From: Bdellovibrio sp.
Lineage (GTDB): Bacteria; Bdellovibrionota; Bdellovibrionia; Bdellovibrionales; Bdellovibrionaceae
DNA length: 64,000 nucleotides
NCBI GenBank assembly: GCA_036676395.1
Contig: JAKFCY010000003.1
Location: forward strand, 384,001 to 448,000
Direction: 5' to 3'
The notes below the pieces were generated by a model, which was not told the origin of the DNA, searched no databases, and saw nothing but the letters and a program-made list of their open reading frames with translations. Made by a program: the position numbers and the translations under genes. Position 1 is the stretch's first letter, and each line of letters opens with the position of its first letter. Shown one piece after another: positions 60,833-64,000 of this stretch.

Positions 60833-62698
60833 ATGCGTTTTAGTAGTAAACTTAATCTTTTATTGATGGCAGCAATTTGTGCGATGTCATTAAACTTCGC
60901 CCAAGCCCAAGAAACTCCGCCACATAACGGAGATACGCCGGTAGATACTCCTGCTGATGATAATTCAGGTGTCGATAAAGATAAGGTCAAAAAGAAATTA
61001 CGTGCAGATTTTTTTCTAGATTTTGACTGGGGTGAAGAAGTTCTAAACTTAACGCCGCATCCTAAAAATACTCCTCCGAATGGTTTTTACGAAGCCGCTT
61101 CAGACACATTAATTTTGGGTGATTATTCAAAAGGATTTCGCGTTACAAAATATTCAGAAATTTCTGCTGGCCTTGGCGGAAAATTAAATTGGCATTTTCC
61201 AAATCAAACGGGATTAGCCGGTAAGTTATGGCTTACAGTTGGCTTAATGCCGATGGCCGGAAAAACTTCGGTATCACATCAACATCAGCCGTCATTTGAA
61301 AAAGCAATGAACGCTAAAGCCCGTAAAGTGCCTCTTGAAGCCACTGATTTTAAGACCTGGGCAATGAATGATTCTGTGAACTATTCATCTACAGGCGGAT
61401 TAATTTTTTCGGTCGGGGTAGGTGTTCCGGGTGTAAATATTGGTTCAGACTTTATCGTGCAAGGTACTTTTTCTACTTACATAGAAAAAGTAAGTGCGAA
61501 TGAAGTTTACGTAATGATTTCTAATACCGATGCCAAAAGCTTAGTTATGCAAGTTGATGCGACGGTGGTTCAAGTCGGCGTTACAAAATATAAAGAAATC
61601 GAAGAAGGTATGTCTTACATGATCAATTACAATGATCCTGTAGGTTACAAAGCGTATCATGATTTAATCCGCGGCAACGTGGCTGCGATTCAGTTATTGT
61701 TGCAAGACCCGAATGTAACAGCTATTCAAAAATGGGAAAAATTAAACCGTGTGCAAATTCGTAAGTTAGCTCATTTTAATTTCGGCATCCCCTTTATTAT
61801 GTCATGGGGCTGGACAGCCGGAAAAATCTATGAATTCAGCGATACGCGCGCGTTTTACGATAATACCCGCGCTGAAGTGGATTACGGTGTGTACATCAAA
61901 GAAAAAAGAAAGAAAATTTTTGGCAGCAAAACAGTGCAAACAGAATCTTTTTACGGCTCAGTTTACAGACTGTATAATTACGATAATGACTTAATGACTA
62001 AATATATATTCGGTCAGTACGTATTTAATGCCGATGATAATAAAGCTAAAACTAAAGACATGAAAAAAGTTATTGGCAACCTTATTGAAAAAACGGGTTT
62101 ACGCCAGTTAGAGCTAAACATTCCGAAATATACAAAATTAAAGTTTTCGCGAATTAACTTAGAAGTTAACTTTGATGAAGATCAAACTTTAAATATCATG
62201 AACACTGTGTCTCGTCTGTTACCAGAAACAGTGGCTGAACGCGCAAATCAGTTAGCCGTTAGCTTTTTAACAAGCGAGAGCCAAATGTTAGCACTATGCA
62301 CGCCAGAAGAAACACAAGTGCCAATGTCGACAGAAGCATGTTTGGCTAAATACTATGCCGAAAACACTGAAGCTTCTTCAACTTTAGTAAAAGCCGCTAA
62401 ACTGATGAAAAAACATTTCGAAGCTGGCAATGATAAAGCCTTTTCTTTAGCCTATGCTGATTTTGGTAAATCGATGTTAAAAAATGCAACGATGTTTCAG
62501 GCGATCTTAGGCATGGCAGGGGCCGGTGCCGAGATTGTATACAACATACAAAACACGTACTTTCAAAGTTATCGCGTAATCTACAAAACTACAGATTCTG
62601 CGGGAGTTTTCAAAAGAATGTCGGTTGATACAGAGCCAACTTGGATTTTTGGTAACACGAATCTAAACGAAGCTTTTAAAGTGGCCGCCGGAATGTAA
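60833..62698 (+). CDS. Large secreted hypothetical protein
   Basis: Signal peptide (FAQA), AAGGA SD, beta-rich body with helical C-terminus. Confidence 0.75.
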   Translation: MRFSSKLNLLLMAAICAMSLNFAQAQETPPHNGDTPVDTPADDNSGVDKDKVKKKLRADFFLDFDWGEEVLNLTPHPKNTPPNGFYEAASDTLILGDYSKGFRVTKYSEISAGLGGKLNWHFPNQTGLAGKLWLTVGLMPMAGKTSVSHQHQPSFEKAMNAKARKVPLEATDFKTWAMNDSVNYSSTGGLIFSVGVGVPGVNIGSDFIVQGTFSTYIEKVSANEVYVMISNTDAKSLVMQVDATVVQVGVTKYKEIEEGMSYMINYNDPVGYKAYHDLIRGNVAAIQLLLQDPNVTAIQKWEKLNRVQIRKLAHFNFGIPFIMSWGWTAGKIYEFSDTRAFYDNTRAEVDYGVYIKEKRKKIFGSKTVQTESFYGSVYRLYNYDNDLMTKYIFGQYVFNADDNKAKTKDMKKVIGNLIEKTGLRQLELNIPKYTKLKFSRINLEVNFDEDQTLNIMNTVSRLLPETVAERANQLAVSFLTSESQMLALCTPEETQVPMSTEACLAKYYAENTEASSTLVKAAKLMKKHFEAGNDKAFSLAYADFGKSMLKNATMFQAILGMAGAGAEIVYNIQNTYFQSYRVIYKTTDSAGVFKRMSVDTEPTWIFGNTNLNEAFKVAAGM

Positions 62699-62731
62699 AG
62701 ATATAAGTTAACAGTTAAGTAACAAAAATTG

Positions 62732-62773
62732 AAAAAGCCAGCCACAAGGATACTGTGAAGCTGGCTTTTTTTT
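62732..62773. terminator. Bidirectional terminator
   Basis: AAAAAGCCAGC...GCTGGCTTTTTTTT. Confidence 0.8.
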
Positions 62774-64000
62774 TACGAAGCTTTACCGCCAGAGGCGTGA
62801 CCAGTGCCAGAAGCATGGTCAGCTAAAATAACTTCTTTTGCTTTTTCAGAAACAATTAAAGTTGGAAGCATAATAAATAAACCTGGAATATCTGGGTATA
62901 CTGATGCATCTACAACACGTAAGTTTTTTACACCGTGAACTTTAAATTTACTGTCAACTACGGCAGACATATCGTTGGCGCGACCCATTTTACTTGTGCA
63001 AGAGGCATGGTGTCCCCAAGCCTCTTTCATGATCCAAGATTTTAAATCATTCGGGTTTTTCATGTCATCGCCCGGATAAGTTTCGCGCTTGAAGTAATCA
63101 TCACCAATATATTTATTGATTCTACGGGCTACATTTAAACCTTCATAAACTGCATTTAAATCTTCGGTTAATCCATTTTTTTCGTCATGAAAATAACTGA
63201 AATTAATATTCGGTGTATCACGTGGATCAGTTGATTTTAACTTAACTTGGCCGGCATGATTTTTAGTGTGCCCTTTTAAAATCGCCCAAGTGAAATAACT
63301 TGGTTCATTTGGATTTTTTGGTGTCGTATCAGCTGAATAACTTGGGTAATAGCCTGTGAATTTACCCGGAACACCAAAGATACATAAATCAGGAGATTTT
63401 TGTTTGTCACTTGATTTACGAATTAACGATAAAGCCACACCATTAGATCCATAAATATGATCTTTTGGGTTTTTTAAATATTCTTGCCAGCAAGGATCTT
63501 TATCAAATTCATTGTTTTTGGCAAACGTACAATTTTCGATAAGTCCGATGGGCTTATTTAATTCGCTGACGACGGTTACTTCGTAACGGTCTTGTAAGTT
63601 TAAACCAACTCCAGGAAGGTTTTTAACCATCGGGATACCGTGTTTTTGTAATTCTTGTTCATTGCCGATTCCAGATAACATTAAAAGTTGCGGCGTATTA
63701 AATGCGCCACCCGCTAAGATAACTTCGCGTTTAACCATAGCTTTTTTCGGCGTGCCCATAAAAGCCGAAGCTTTTTGTTTATTCATTACATCAGCGCGGT
63801 AAGCATGTGCACCTTCGATAAATTCAACGCCGATGGCTTTTGTTTTATCGTTTGGATCAAAAATAACTTTTGTGCAAAGAGCATCAGTTTTAACAAATAA
63901 ATTACCCGGAAGGCGTTGTCGTGTTTCTAAAATCAACTCGCGAACACCATGGCGAATACCATTAACTGCATTGAATGGCATATTGAAAACGCCATTATAT
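62773..64000 (-). CDS. GMC oxidoreductase, C-terminal part (runs off window end)
   Basis: EVILAGGAFNTPQLLMLSGIG, PGVGLNLQD, WGHHASCT..MG, LRVVDAS. Confidence 0.92.
   Translation of the reverse strand, partial: YNGVFNMPFNAVNGIRHGVRELILETRQRLPGNLFVKTDALCTKVIFDPNDKTKAIGVEFIEGAHAYRADVMNKQKASAFMGTPKKAMVKREVILAGGAFNTPQLLMLSGIGNEQELQKHGIPMVKNLPGVGLNLQDRYEVTVVSELNKPIGLIENCTFAKNNEFDKDPCWQEYLKNPKDHIYGSNGVALSLIRKSSDKQKSPDLCIFGVPGKFTGYYPSYSADTTPKNPNEPSYFTWAILKGHTKNHAGQVKLKSTDPRDTPNINFSYFHDEKNGLTEDLNAVYEGLNVARRINKYIGDDYFKRETYPGDDMKNPNDLKSWIMKEAWGHHASCTSKMGRANDMSAVVDSKFKVHGVKNLRVVDASVYPDIPGLFIMLPTLIVSEKAKEVILADHASGTGHASGGKAS

Noticed and set aside
47389..64000. Integrative element or prophage at the tRNA cluster
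   Set aside because: No integrase, transposase or phage genes, and I found no duplicated tRNA 3' end in the window.

Overview
This AT-rich bacterial window spans the chromosomal replication origin. Gene order and protein style point to Bdellovibrionota (a Bdellovibrio/Pseudobdellovibrio-like organism); that assignment is an inference. The 1-36 kb part is mostly core genome: yidC-yidD-rnpA-rpmH divergent from dnaA-[oriC]-dnaN-recF-gyrB-gyrA, running on into a TPR lipoprotein and the Fo genes atpZ/I/B/E. It also holds the etfBA-acyltransferase-3x PPIase-pdxA-PMM run, sdhCAB, an S8 protease, rpsF-DUF2232-rplI with an S6:S18 leader, and groESL. The 36-64 kb part is more accessory: an AT-rich XRE islet, ahpCF plus hemolysin III, a cytochrome c peroxidase/DAHL-kinase/HD-GYP signalling module, and three tRNAs. 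After the tRNAs is a glycan-centred region with a TPR-GGDEF cyclase, secreted glycoside hydrolase, beta-propeller lectin, SGNH esterase, and an OM-protein/NfrB-like GT2/deacetylase operon. The most notable items are the NfrB-like exopolysaccharide operon lacking the MshEN domain, the peroxidase-kinase-HD-GYP module, an apparent AUU start codon, an intragenic terminator inside a signal peptide, and candidate operators for DUF2239 and XRE. I saw no CRISPR array, rRNA, transposase or integrase. All family calls come from motif recognition by eye, not database searches.
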